NCBI GenBank assembly: GCA_030645735.1
Contig: JAUSNP010000001.1
Location: 7,502 to 71,501, forward strand
From: Candidatus Moraniibacteriota bacterium
GTDB taxonomy: Bacteria; Patescibacteriota; Minisyncoccia; Moranbacterales; UBA2206
Length of the DNA: 64,000 bases
Direction: 5' to 3'
Shown here: positions 38,639-49,882 of the stretch, one piece after another
Layout: every line of letters starts with the position of its first letter
Position numbering within the stretch: the first letter of the stretch is position 1
Translations under genes and position numbers: made by a program
Notes under the pieces: model-generated
Told to the model about the DNA's origin: nothing
Database searches by the model: none
The model's input: the letters and a program-made list of their open reading frames with translations, nothing else

Positions 38639-38667
38639 TTTGTATTAAAATAATTTTAAATAAATTT

Positions 38668-40170
38668 ATGACGAAAGATTACATCATTGATCAACTGAAA
38701 AAACAAATCGAAAATTTTGAAACTTTGACGCAGACTGAAAAAGTCGGAACTGTAGTTGAGGTGGGCGATGGTGTGGCCAAAATCTCTGGCCTGTCAGATG
38801 CCATGGCTTCTGAAATGTTGGAATTTCCAGGCGGCGTGTTTGGAGTGGCCTTGAACTTGGAAGAAGGTGCAGTGGGTGCCATGATTTTAGGTGACTACAC
38901 TGGCATCAAGGAAGGCGACATCGTGAAATCAACTGGCAAAATTTTGTCAGTACCGGTGGGCGATATGATGATTGGGCGAGTAGTGAGTCCGTTGGGCGTG
39001 GCGATTGATGGCAAAGGTGAAATCAAATCCGAAACATATTATCCAGTAGAAAAAATTGCGCCGGGAGTTATTACGCGAAAATCAGTGAGCGTGCCAGTAC
39101 AAACTGGTATCAAAGCCATTGACGCTGTGATCCCAGTTGGACGTGGTCAACGAGAATTGATCATTGGTGACCGACAAACTGGAAAAACTGCCGTGGCCAT
39201 CGATGCTATCATCAATCAAAAAGGACAAGACTTGATTTGTATTTATGTCGCCATTGGACAAAAGGAATCTAAGATTGCAAGAATTGTAGCTGAATTGGAA
39301 AAGCGCGGAGCAATGGAGCACACTATTATGGTGGTGGCCGGAGCTTCAGATCCAGCGGCGTTGTCATTTATTTCTCCATACGCCGGTTGTGCGATGGGTG
39401 AATATTTCTTAGACAAGGGGAAAGACGTTTTGATTATCTATGATGATTTGTCAAAGCATGCTTGGGCATATCGCCAAATTTCTTTGATTTTGCGAAGACC
39501 ACCAGGACGTGAAGCCTATCCTGGAGATATTTTTTATTTGCATTCCCGACTTTTGGAGCGTTCAGCGCGTTTGAACGAAGATTTTGGTGGTGGTTCAATC
39601 ACAGCTTTGCCAATCATTGAAACTCAAGCCGGTGATGTGTCAGCCTACATTCCGACCAATGTGATTTCTATTACTGACGGTCAGATTTATTTGGAAACTG
39701 ATCTTTTCTACAAGGGTATACGACCAGCTTTGAACGTTGGCTTGTCAGTTTCTCGTGTGGGATCAGCCGCGCAAACTAAAGCTATGAAAAAAGTGGCTGG
39801 CAAGTTGCGACTCGATTTGGCGCAGTTCCGTGAATTGGAAGCTTTTGCGCAATTTGGTTCAGACTTGGATGAGAATACCAGAAAGCAAATCGAAAGAGGA
39901 CGACGCACTATTGAAATTTTGAAACAAGACCAATATGAGCCGATGCCAATGCAAAACCAAGTAGCAATTTTGTATGCATTGACCAATGGTTTCTTGGATG
40001 ATGTGGTGGTGGAAAAGGTGAAGGCTTGGGAAAATGATTTCCACAAATATTTGCAATCTAGTGCCAAAGAAACTTTGGAATTGATCGCGAGCAAAAAAGA
40101 ATTGGCAGAAGATGTGGTGGCGAGTTTGGAGAAAGCAATTAAGGAGTTTAAAGAAACTTATCAAAGCTAA
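38668..40170 (+). CDS. atpA: ATP synthase F1 alpha subunit
   Basis: Walker A GDRQTGKT; highly conserved. Confidence 0.97.
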   Translation: MTKDYIIDQLKKQIENFETLTQTEKVGTVVEVGDGVAKISGLSDAMASEMLEFPGGVFGVALNLEEGAVGAMILGDYTGIKEGDIVKSTGKILSVPVGDMMIGRVVSPLGVAIDGKGEIKSETYYPVEKIAPGVITRKSVSVPVQTGIKAIDAVIPVGRGQRELIIGDRQTGKTAVAIDAIINQKGQDLICIYVAIGQKESKIARIVAELEKRGAMEHTIMVVAGASDPAALSFISPYAGCAMGEYFLDKGKDVLIIYDDLSKHAWAYRQISLILRRPPGREAYPGDIFYLHSRLLERSARLNEDFGGGSITALPIIETQAGDVSAYIPTNVISITDGQIYLETDLFYKGIRPALNVGLSVSRVGSAAQTKAMKKVAGKLRLDLAQFRELEAFAQFGSDLDENTRKQIERGRRTIEILKQDQYEPMPMQNQVAILYALTNGFLDDVVVEKVKAWENDFHKYLQSSAKETLELIASKKELAEDVVASLEKAIKEFKETYQS

Positions 40171-40174
40171 AATA

Positions 40175-40323
40175 TGTCATTGCGAGCGTAGTATCGGCGA
40201 CTGAGCCGATACGAAGCGTGGCAATCTCATGCAATAATTCACAGAATTTAATGTAAGGTACAGTGAATTAAAATATGAGATTGCCACGGTCGTTCCGCGG
40301 CGGAACTTCCTCGCAATGACAAA
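40175..40323. mobile_element. ~150-bp nested palindromic MITE-like element filling the atpA-atpG spacer (TIR tgtcattgcgagcg ... ctcgcaatgacaaa)
   Basis: 14-bp terminal inverted repeats plus internal inverted pairs (tatcggcgactgagccgata; gtggcaatctcat/atgagattgccac; gttccgcggcggaac). Confidence 0.6.
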
Positions 40324-40332
40324 GAAAAAAAT

Positions 40333-41286
40333 ATGGCTAGTACACGCGATATTCGTAGACGTATAAAATCAGTAGGGAACACCCAAAAAATCACTCGAGC
40401 AATGGAGATGGTTTCAGCTGCCAAGATGAGAAAATCTGTGGCGAGTGTTTTGGCGGTGCGACCATATGCGCATGCGGCCTGGAGCGTGTTGACCAATCTT
40501 TCACGGGCTTTTGAAAAAAATCATGCTGGTCTTTTGGAAGTGCGTGAGGTGAAAAATGTTTTGGCCATCGCCATAACTTCCAACAAGGGTTTGTGTGGGG
40601 CTTTCAATGCGCAAATTATCAAAAAAATCAAAGACGAAATTGCCAATCCAGAAAGATTGAGCATCAATCGAGTGGGCAAAGAAAAACTTGGCATCAAAAA
40701 CAAGAACATCAAGATTGATTTTATCACCATTGGAAAGAAGGGTGAGGCGGTGGTGCGCAAAGCTGGCAAGGATATTATTGCATCTTTCAATGAGTTGACC
40801 TATTTGCCAAAAATTGACGATGTGCGCGTCGTGGGCAAGGTTGTGACAGAAGATTATCTAGCCAAAAAATATGACAAGGTGGTGGTTTTCTATACTGACT
40901 ATGTTTCGGCTATGAGTCAGCAAACAAAAGTTCGCCAGATTTTGCCAATTTCTAAAATTGATTTGGAGAAACAAATTGCCGAGATGGATGTGTTGGCCAA
41001 AGAATATGGCTTGGATGCGCCAGTGCGAGAATACAAAGTTGAGCCCAATCCTGAGTCAGTGTTGGAATATATTTTGCCTCGCTTGATCGACATGCAAATC
41101 TATCACGCGATTTTGGAATCAAACGCTGCCAAAGAATCAACTCGGATGATGGCCATGAGAAGCGCGACTGATGCAGCTGGAGAAATGAAGGATGACCTGA
41201 CATTTGTATATAATCAGATTCGGCAGATGAAGATTACACAGGAGATTGCAGAGATTTCAGCCGGACGTGCTGCATTGGAAAATTAA
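40333..41286 (+). CDS. atpG: ATP synthase F1 gamma subunit
   Basis: MASTRDIRRRIKSVGNTQKITRAMEMVSAAKMRK. Confidence 0.92.
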   Translation: MASTRDIRRRIKSVGNTQKITRAMEMVSAAKMRKSVASVLAVRPYAHAAWSVLTNLSRAFEKNHAGLLEVREVKNVLAIAITSNKGLCGAFNAQIIKKIKDEIANPERLSINRVGKEKLGIKNKNIKIDFITIGKKGEAVVRKAGKDIIASFNELTYLPKIDDVRVVGKVVTEDYLAKKYDKVVVFYTDYVSAMSQQTKVRQILPISKIDLEKQIAEMDVLAKEYGLDAPVREYKVEPNPESVLEYILPRLIDMQIYHAILESNAAKESTRMMAMRSATDAAGEMKDDLTFVYNQIRQMKITQEIAEISAGRAALEN

Positions 41287-41302
41287 TTTTGTTTATTAGT
41301 AA

Positions 41303-42694
<1,392 letters not shown>

Positions 42695-42782
42695 GCAGCT
42701 GTTGGTAAAATGTCATTGGCTGTAGGAATAGAAATAAGTCATTGGTCTAAAGACTTTTTACTAACGACCAATCCTACTGCTA

Positions 42783-43253
42783 ATGACCAATTACTTACGA
42801 CTTAAAAATATGAATAATTCACAAAAAATAAAATTTAAAATAGTAACTCCCGAGAAGACAGTGTTCGACGAAGAAGTTTTGCAGGCGACTCTGCCGGTGA
42901 CGGACGGGGAGGTTACAATTTTGCCAAATCACAGATCATATATTGCATCACTCAAAGCAGGTGAGGTGTGTTTGAAATTGGAAAAAGGCAATGATGTGTG
43001 TATGGCGATCTCAGGTGGGTTTATTGAATTTAATGATAATGTTTTGGTAGTTTTGGCTGACACAGCTGAACGCGCTGAAGAAATTGATTTGACTCGCGCG
43101 GAAGAAGCGAGAAAGAGAGCGGAGGAATTGAAGAAAGAAAAGATTGAAGATGACAGCGAGTATGCGCGCGTGGCTGCTTCGATTGAGAAAGAAATGGCGC
43201 GTATCCGTGTGGCCAGAAAACATCGCACCCAACATGGTATGCATTTGAATTAG
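42783..43253 (+). CDS. atpC: ATP synthase F1 epsilon subunit
   Basis: KFKIVTPEKTVFDEEV; the start may be the internal M at 42810. Confidence 0.85.
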   Translation: MTNYLRLKNMNNSQKIKFKIVTPEKTVFDEEVLQATLPVTDGEVTILPNHRSYIASLKAGEVCLKLEKGNDVCMAISGGFIEFNDNVLVVLADTAERAEEIDLTRAEEARKRAEELKKEKIEDDSEYARVAASIEKEMARIRVARKHRTQHGMHLN

Positions 43254-43271
43254 GGAGGTAACAATAGAATT

Positions 43272-43296
43272 AAAAAACCATTTATGGTTTTTTAAT
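43272..43296 (+). terminator. Rho-independent terminator of the atp operon
   Basis: aaaaaccat-ttt-atggtttttt. Confidence 0.7.
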
Positions 43297-43337
43297 TTGT
43301 GTAAAAATATTTGTAATAATTTATTTTTTATAAAAAT

Positions 43338-44984
43338 ATGTTTTTGAACAAAACAAAAATGCGGGAGTATTTTAAAAAAGATTTCAGGGCAGATTTAATT
43401 GCGGGAATCGTGGTTGGTTTGGTAGCGTTGCCATTGGCCATTGCTTTTGCCATCGCATCTGGGGTGAGTGCGCAACAGGGACTCTATTCTGCAATCATCG
43501 CTGGCGGAATCATTGCTATTTTTTCTGGTTCCAATTATCAAGTTTCTGGTCCGACAGGCGCTTTTATTGTAGTTTTGTTGGGAATTGTAAATAAGTTTGG
43601 CGTAGACGGGTTGATGATGGCTGGATTTATGGCCGGAGTTATTTTGATTTTGATGGGAGTGTTCAAGTTTGGTTCAATTATCAAATTTATTCCCTATCCA
43701 GTGACAGTTGGCTTTACTTCAGGAATCGCGATGATTATATTTTTTGGACAAATAAAAAACTTTTTAGGTTTGGATTTTGGCGGTAAAATTCCTTTGGATT
43801 TTATTGAAACATTAGAAATGATTTATCATGGTTTGTTGCGGGGGCTAAATAGTTATTCTTTGATCATTGGTTTGGCAACTTTGGCGATTTTTTTTGTTTG
43901 GAAGAAATACAACAAAAAATTTCCACCAGCGCCAGTAGCGCTGGCTGGAGGAATAGTTGTGAGCTTGTTTTTTCTAGATAAACACGTGCCGATTATTGGA
44001 GACATTCCTGCGGGACTGCCATCTTTTCATATGTTGGATTTCAATTTTGCCAATATGAAGCTTTTGTTGCCGGCAGCTTTTACGGTGGCAATTTTGGGTG
44101 CCATTGAATCGTTGTTATCTGCTGTGGTGGCTGACGGTATGACAGGCACAAAACATAATTCTAACAAGGAATTGATTGCGCAGGGGCTTGGAAACATTGT
44201 TGTGCCATTTTTCGGCGGAATTCCAGCAACCGGTGCGATTGCGAGAACTGCAACAAACATCAAAAATGGTGGCAGAACAAGAATGGCAGCTATCATTCAT
44301 GCCGTTGTAATTTTGTTGATTGTTTTGCTTTTTGCTAAGTATGCTAAATTTATTCCTTTGGCTGCCTTAGCGGCGATCTTGATTACAGTAGCGTATAATA
44401 TGAGTGAAATGGATCATTTTAAAAAATTGCTAAAAGCCCCGCGACGAGATGTGGCTGTTTTGCTAAGTACTTTTCTTTTGACAGTCTTTGCTGATTTGAC
44501 AGTGGCAGTTGGCATTGGAGTGGTGATGGCAGCGTTGTTATTCATTAAGCGTGTTAGTGAAATAAAAAACATTGTCAGCAGTTTGGAGGAAAATGTTAAG
44601 GTTGGCAGTGAGGGCAGCAAGCGATTGCATGAAAGCCTTGTTGATTTTCCGCAAATTTCACTGTACGAAATTAATGGACCAATGTTTTTTGGTGCTGCGA
44701 GCGTAATGCAAGAGCGAATTGGCTATGAGCAAGAGGGCGTGTTGATTATTCGCATGAAGCATGTTGGGGCGATTGATGCCACAGCAACACATGCTTTGGA
44801 AATTTTGATCGATGAAGTGCATGCCTCGGGTGGAAAAGTTATTTTGGCCACAGTCCAGAAATATGTGTTGTTGAATTTGAAGAAAACCGGCATAATCGAT
44901 CTTTTGGGCGGAGATGCGTATGTTGCCAAAAGCAGTACTGAAGCAATTGAAATGGCCAAGAAAATAATCGCGGAGAAAAAATAA
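43338..44984 (+). CDS. SulP-family anion transporter with C-terminal STAS domain
   Basis: GLVALPLAIAFAIASGV SulP signature; STAS-like C-terminus. Confidence 0.85.
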   Translation: MFLNKTKMREYFKKDFRADLIAGIVVGLVALPLAIAFAIASGVSAQQGLYSAIIAGGIIAIFSGSNYQVSGPTGAFIVVLLGIVNKFGVDGLMMAGFMAGVILILMGVFKFGSIIKFIPYPVTVGFTSGIAMIIFFGQIKNFLGLDFGGKIPLDFIETLEMIYHGLLRGLNSYSLIIGLATLAIFFVWKKYNKKFPPAPVALAGGIVVSLFFLDKHVPIIGDIPAGLPSFHMLDFNFANMKLLLPAAFTVAILGAIESLLSAVVADGMTGTKHNSNKELIAQGLGNIVVPFFGGIPATGAIARTATNIKNGGRTRMAAIIHAVVILLIVLLFAKYAKFIPLAALAAILITVAYNMSEMDHFKKLLKAPRRDVAVLLSTFLLTVFADLTVAVGIGVVMAALLFIKRVSEIKNIVSSLEENVKVGSEGSKRLHESLVDFPQISLYEINGPMFFGAASVMQERIGYEQEGVLIIRMKHVGAIDATATHALEILIDEVHASGGKVILATVQKYVLLNLKKTGIIDLLGGDAYVAKSSTEAIEMAKKIIAEKK

Positions 44985-45040
44985 AGCCTCCTAGAGACAA
45001 ATACGCGGTTGGTAAGAAAATATACTTTAAAATAAAGGGT

Positions 45041-45110
45041 TAAAGGGGATAAAATGGGAAAAATAAAGGGCGGATTACAAAGATCCGCCCTTTGCTATTC
45101 TCCTTGAAAT
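45041..45110. repeat. Copy 3 of the G-rich GGGATAAAGGG repeat, ending in a GC hairpin (gggcggat...atccgccc ttt)
   Basis: ataaagggttaaaggggataaaatgggaaaaataaagggcggattacaaagatccgccctttg. Confidence 0.6.
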
Positions 45111-45176
45111 AAAGATAGAAATGAGCTAGAATCAAGGAGTAATGTAAAAGTAGGTTTAACTAGGCCTAAAAACACT

Positions 45177-48047
45177 ATGGAAAGCTATAATCCCAAGGAA
45201 ATTGAGGCAAAATGGCAAGAGAAATGGCTTGAACAAGCCTCAGAGAAGATTGATAAGGACGATACTAAGAAGAAATTCTATATTTTAGATATGTTCCCAT
45301 ATCCGTCTGGCACTGGCCTGCATATGGGACACACCGAGAGCTACACGGCGAGCGATGTTTTCTATCGTTTCAAAAAGATGCAAGGTTTCAATGTTTTGCA
45401 TCCACAAGGTTTTGATGCTTTTGGTTTGCCAGCAGAAAATTATGCCATCAAAACTGGCGTGCCACCGATTGAAACGACCAAGAAGAACATGGAGAATTAT
45501 ATTCGCCAAATGCAGTCTTTAGGTTTCAATTATGATTTTTCGGAGCAGGCTATCACGAGTGATCCAGAATATTATAAATGGACGCAATGGATTTTTTCCG
45601 AGTTTTATAAAAATGGTTTAGTCTATAAAAAAACCCAAAAAACAAATTGGTGTGCTTCTTGTCAGACTGTCATTGCCAATGAGCAAGTGGTAGAAAACAA
45701 ATGTGAACGATGTGGCACAGAAATTGAACAAAAAGAAGTGCCGACTTGGTTTTTCAAAATCACAGACTTTGCTGAAGAACTAATTGCTGATTTGGACGAT
45801 GTTGATTGGCCGGAATATACTAAGAAGAATCAGCGAGCGTGGATTGGTAAAAGTGAGGGTGCTGAAATTAAATTCGAAATTCGAAATTCGAAATCCGAAA
45901 CAAATTCAAAATCAGAAAAACAAAATACAAAACAATTTATCGAAGTATTTACTACGAGAGTGGATACGGTTTTTGGCGTGACTTATGTTGTGGTGGCTCC
46001 AGAACATCCATTAATCGCGCAACTTGAATCGCAAATCGCAAATCGCGATGAGATTTTTGCATACATTGAAAAATCAAAAAACAAAACAGAACTAGATCGA
46101 ATGGAAGCCAAGGAAAAAACGGGTGTAGAGCTTGAAGGTATTAAGGCTGTCAATCCATTCAACGGCGAAGAAGTTCCAGTGTTTGTGGCTGATTATGTTC
46201 TTGGAAGCTATGGCACCGGCGCCGTGATGGCTGTGCCAGCACATGATGAAAGGGATTTTGAATTTGCAAAGAAATATAATTTACCGATTAAAAAAGTTAT
46301 TGAACCATGTTTTGACCAACTTGCCGAGCCAGGAAAAATTAAATGGGACGAGGCATTTGTTGAAAGGGATGCAATCTTAGCCATAGTTAAACATTGGGAA
46401 AAAGATGAGTATCTATGCCTTCAGTGGAAAAAGGTTGACTGGAGAACTTTTATTACTGGTGGACCGGAAGGCGGTCAGTCTTTTGAAGAAGCGGCAAGAA
46501 CGGAAATTTTAGAAGAGACTGGTTATAAAAACTTGAAATTAATTAAAGAGCTACCAATGGTGCATAGTCGCTTTTATCATGTACCAAAAAAAGTGAACCG
46601 ATTTGCTCATTTCAATGTTTTCTATTTTGAGCTAAAGGACGGCGATAAAGATAATATTTCAGATAATGAGCAAGAAAACCACGATACTGTTTGGGTAATG
46701 AGTGACAAAATTGAGCAATTTTTAACTGCCGATTCGCATAAATATATTTTTAAAAATTTAAATAACCCAGAAGTCTCTTTTGTAGAAGATGGAGTATTGA
46801 ATAATTCTGGAGAATATAATTTTTTGACTTCCGAACAAGCGCGGGGAAAAATGACAGCTTGGTTGGAAGAAAAAGGTTTGGGCAAAAAAGTTGTGAATTA
46901 TCGTTTGCGTGATTGGTCAATTTCACGGCAGAGGTATTGGGGTTGTCCGATTCCGATTGTGTATTCACCGGAGGGTGAACCGCATTTGGTTCCAGAGCAA
47001 TATTTGCCATGGAAATTGCCGGAGGATGTTGATTTTGTGCCGACCGGAACTTCACCTTTGGCCAAGTCGCAGGAACTCAAAGAAAGAGTGGAAAAAATTT
47101 TTGGAGAATGTTGGACAGCTGAGTATGATACGATGGACACCTTTGTGGATTCGTCGTGGTATTTCTTGCGCTATCCGGATGTGCACAATGACAAAGAATT
47201 TTGTTCACAAACAAGAAAGGCTTGGTTGCCGGTGGATATGTATATCGGCGGTGCAGAACACACCTACATGCATCTTTTGTATGCCAGATTCTTTGTGAAA
47301 GCTTTGCACAAAATTGGACACTTGAGTTTCAATGAGCCATTTTTGAAATTGCGTCACCAAGGCATGGTCTTGGACAAGGCTGGCAACAAGATGTCCAAGT
47401 CCAAAGGCAATGTCATCAATCCGGATGAAATGGTAGAAAAATTTGGCGCGGATTCCGTGCGTATGTATATGATGTTTGTGGCACCGTTGGAAGATGCGGT
47501 TATGTGGAACGAAGAAAATATTGTGGGTGTGCGCAGATTTTTGGAAAGAGTTTGGCGCTTGCAAGAAAAAATTGTAGTTGAAAATATGGTAGTTGATTCG
47601 CTGACACACAAGACTATCAAAAAAGTTGGTGAAGATGTTGAAGTGATGAAATTTAATACAGCTATTTCCCAGATGATGATTTTGGTTAATGCGATGGATA
47701 AAGAAAAACAGATATCAGTTACGAGTTACGAGTTACTAGTTACTATTCTAGCTCCATTTGCTCCGCACATGGCCGAAGAAATTTGGAACAAGCTTGGGCA
47801 CTCAGAAAGTATTTTTTCCTCAGCTTGGCCGGAGTATGATTCCGAATTGATCAAGGATGAAAAAATAAAATTGGTGATTCAGGTGAATGGCAAAGTGCGA
47901 GACACAATTGAAGTTAATGCTGAAATTTCAGAAGATGAGGCAAAAAAAGTTGCACTTGAAAGTGAAAAAATAAAAAATTATATTTCAGGCAAGGAAATCA
48001 GAAAAATAATTTATGTTAAAAACAAACTAGTGAGCATCGTCGTTTAA
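45177..48047 (+). CDS. leuS: Leucine--tRNA ligase with a ~150-aa NUDIX-like domain inserted between the CP1 editing domain and the catalytic core
   Basis: HMGH, KMSKSKGN and editing-domain TTRVDTVFGVTY all present; inserted segment AILAIVKHWEKDEYLCLQWKK...TGGPEGGQSFEEAARTEILEETGY fits a NUDIX fold/box. Confidence 0.95.
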   Translation: MESYNPKEIEAKWQEKWLEQASEKIDKDDTKKKFYILDMFPYPSGTGLHMGHTESYTASDVFYRFKKMQGFNVLHPQGFDAFGLPAENYAIKTGVPPIETTKKNMENYIRQMQSLGFNYDFSEQAITSDPEYYKWTQWIFSEFYKNGLVYKKTQKTNWCASCQTVIANEQVVENKCERCGTEIEQKEVPTWFFKITDFAEELIADLDDVDWPEYTKKNQRAWIGKSEGAEIKFEIRNSKSETNSKSEKQNTKQFIEVFTTRVDTVFGVTYVVVAPEHPLIAQLESQIANRDEIFAYIEKSKNKTELDRMEAKEKTGVELEGIKAVNPFNGEEVPVFVADYVLGSYGTGAVMAVPAHDERDFEFAKKYNLPIKKVIEPCFDQLAEPGKIKWDEAFVERDAILAIVKHWEKDEYLCLQWKKVDWRTFITGGPEGGQSFEEAARTEILEETGYKNLKLIKELPMVHSRFYHVPKKVNRFAHFNVFYFELKDGDKDNISDNEQENHDTVWVMSDKIEQFLTADSHKYIFKNLNNPEVSFVEDGVLNNSGEYNFLTSEQARGKMTAWLEEKGLGKKVVNYRLRDWSISRQRYWGCPIPIVYSPEGEPHLVPEQYLPWKLPEDVDFVPTGTSPLAKSQELKERVEKIFGECWTAEYDTMDTFVDSSWYFLRYPDVHNDKEFCSQTRKAWLPVDMYIGGAEHTYMHLLYARFFVKALHKIGHLSFNEPFLKLRHQGMVLDKAGNKMSKSKGNVINPDEMVEKFGADSVRMYMMFVAPLEDAVMWNEENIVGVRRFLERVWRLQEKIVVENMVVDSLTHKTIKKVGEDVEVMKFNTAISQMMILVNAMDKEKQISVTSYELLVTILAPFAPHMAEEIWNKLGHSESIFSSAWPEYDSELIKDEKIKLVIQVNGKVRDTIEVNAEISEDEAKKVALESEKIKNYISGKEIRKIIYVKNKLVSIVV
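45869..45938 (+). repeat. 7-nt tandem repeat (aaattcg)x4 decaying into aaaNNca heptamers, in-frame in leuS
   Basis: aaattcgaaattcgaaattcgaaatccgaaacaaattcaaaatcagaaaaacaaaatacaaaacaa. Confidence 0.75.
46026..46050 (+). repeat. 7-nt tandem repeat (aatcgca)x3, in-frame in leuS
   Basis: gaatcgcaaatcgcaaatcgcgatg. Confidence 0.7.
47716..47745 (+). repeat. 7-nt tandem repeat (agttacg/agttact)x4 in-frame in leuS; reverse complement of the infC-rpmI spacer array
   Basis: cagttacgagttacgagttactagttact. Confidence 0.8.
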
Positions 48048-48065
48048 TTTCTTAATGACAAAAGT

Positions 48066-48830
48066 ATGCAAGTAGTAATTTTAGCGGCCGGAAGGGGGAG
48101 TCGAATGAAAGATTTGACCAAGGGTGTGCCAAAGCCGATGTTGAAAATCAAAGGCAAGCCGATTTTGGAGCACAAGATCAATATGTTGCCGAGTGAAATA
48201 AAAGAAATCGTCTTCGTGATCGGCTACTATGGCGAGCACATTATGAATTATTTCAAGCACTATTTTGGCGGTCGCAAAATTACCTATGTCTTTCAAACAA
48301 ACTTGAATGGGACAGGTGGCGCGTTATTTCTGGCTAAGAGTGTTTTGAAAGATAAATTCTTGGTTATAAATGGCGATGACCTCTATCACAAAAAAGATAT
48401 TAAAAAATTGCTAAAGCATGATTTGGCTATCTTGGGACGCGAAGTTGATGATACGAGCAAATTTGGCATTATCAAAACCAACGGCAAGGGACATATGGTT
48501 GAGGTTGTGGAGAAGCCAAAAAGATCTAAAGATAAGTTGGCTAATACGGGCGTGTATGTTTTGAACAAGAAGATTTTCGATTATGATTTGGTGCCGATTG
48601 GTGGCGGAGAATTTGGTTTGCCACAAACGATGGCCAAGATGGCCAAAGATCATCCGGTGAAAGTTGAAGCTGCGACCATTTGGCATGCTATTGGTAATCC
48701 AGAAGATTTGGCGGAAGCGGAAAAAATTATTCATAAATTTGAGGATAAACAAAAAAACGAAAAAGTTGAAGAAACCAAGAAAGTCACAAAAACTGCGAAA
48801 AATGTAAAAACTAAAAAACATAAGAAGTAG
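48066..48830 (+). CDS. Sugar-phosphate nucleotidyltransferase (NTP_transferase; GlmU N-terminal-like) with a Lys-rich tail
   Basis: VVILAAGRGSRMKDLTKGVPKPML motif. Confidence 0.8.
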   Translation: MQVVILAAGRGSRMKDLTKGVPKPMLKIKGKPILEHKINMLPSEIKEIVFVIGYYGEHIMNYFKHYFGGRKITYVFQTNLNGTGGALFLAKSVLKDKFLVINGDDLYHKKDIKKLLKHDLAILGREVDDTSKFGIIKTNGKGHMVEVVEKPKRSKDKLANTGVYVLNKKIFDYDLVPIGGGEFGLPQTMAKMAKDHPVKVEAATIWHAIGNPEDLAEAEKIIHKFEDKQKNEKVEETKKVTKTAKNVKTKKHKK

Positions 48831-48840
48831 AAAATATTTT

Positions 48841-49878
48841 ATGAAGAATAAAAATGTTGTTACTATCAGCGGAGGAACAGGGGGATTCACTTTGCTGTCA
48901 GGACTCAAAAAATATCCAATTAATATTTCAGCTATTGTTTCAATGGCGGATGATGGCGGTTCAACGGGAGTTTTACGCGATGAGTTGGGCGTGTTACCAC
49001 CAGGAGATGTTCGGCAATGCCTGTTGTCATTAAGCGATTCAACCGAGACATTGCGAGATTTGTTGAATTATCGTTTTCAAGAGGGCGGACTCAAAGGCCA
49101 TAATTTCGGCAATCTTTTGTTATCAGCATTAGAAAAAATAAATGGCAGTTTTTCTAAGGGAGTTGATGAGGCGGCTAAGATTTTGAATGTGAAAGGCCGA
49201 GTTATTCCAGTTTCCAATGAGGATATGCGGTTGTGCATAAAATTGAAAAATAAGAAAGTTTTAAATGGTGAAAAAAATTTGGATCACAACAAAGAAATTG
49301 ATGCGGTAGGAATCGACCATATTTTTCTGAAAAACAAAGTAGCTGCCAATCCGGAAGCATTGAAAGCGATCAAGCAAGCTGATTATATCGTGATTGGACC
49401 TGGTGATTTGTATGGCTCAGTCCTGCCAAATCTTTTAGTGAATGGAATTGCTGAGGCAATTAAAAAATCTAAAGCCAAGGTGATTTATAATTGCAATTTG
49501 ACCAACAAGAACGGACAAACCAGCGCATTTGATGTTGATGATTATGTAGAAATTATCAATGGCTATATTGGCAAAGATAGAATTAATTTTGTCACCTATA
49601 ATACTGGAAAGCCAGCGGATAAATTGGTGGAGAAATATAGCAAGGAGGAAGGAAAGAATTTTGTTGTGCAATTTGATGTTGATAAAAATAGTAAAAGGAA
49701 ATTCAAGCTCATCAAAAGCGATTTTATCTCCAACCATGAATTGCCAGGCTATCAAAAATCTCGTGTGTCGGTGAGAAGCAAATCATACATCCGTCATGAT
49801 AGTGAAAAGTTGGCCAAGTTGATTATGATGATTTTTGAACTGGGAGAATATGAAAATATAACTAAAGAAATAATTTAA
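48841..49878 (+). CDS. YvcK/CofD-like (UPF0052) gluconeogenesis factor family protein
   Basis: VTISGGTGGFTLLSGLK...MADDGGSTG. Confidence 0.8.
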   Translation: MKNKNVVTISGGTGGFTLLSGLKKYPINISAIVSMADDGGSTGVLRDELGVLPPGDVRQCLLSLSDSTETLRDLLNYRFQEGGLKGHNFGNLLLSALEKINGSFSKGVDEAAKILNVKGRVIPVSNEDMRLCIKLKNKKVLNGEKNLDHNKEIDAVGIDHIFLKNKVAANPEALKAIKQADYIVIGPGDLYGSVLPNLLVNGIAEAIKKSKAKVIYNCNLTNKNGQTSAFDVDDYVEIINGYIGKDRINFVTYNTGKPADKLVEKYSKEEGKNFVVQFDVDKNSKRKFKLIKSDFISNHELPGYQKSRVSVRSKSYIRHDSEKLAKLIMMIFELGEYENITKEII

Positions 49879-49882
49879 TTGA

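Noticed and set aside
48411-48908. 165-aa minus-strand ORF antisense to the nucleotidyltransferase gene
   Set aside because: Antisense shadow ORF with low-complexity F/L-rich translation
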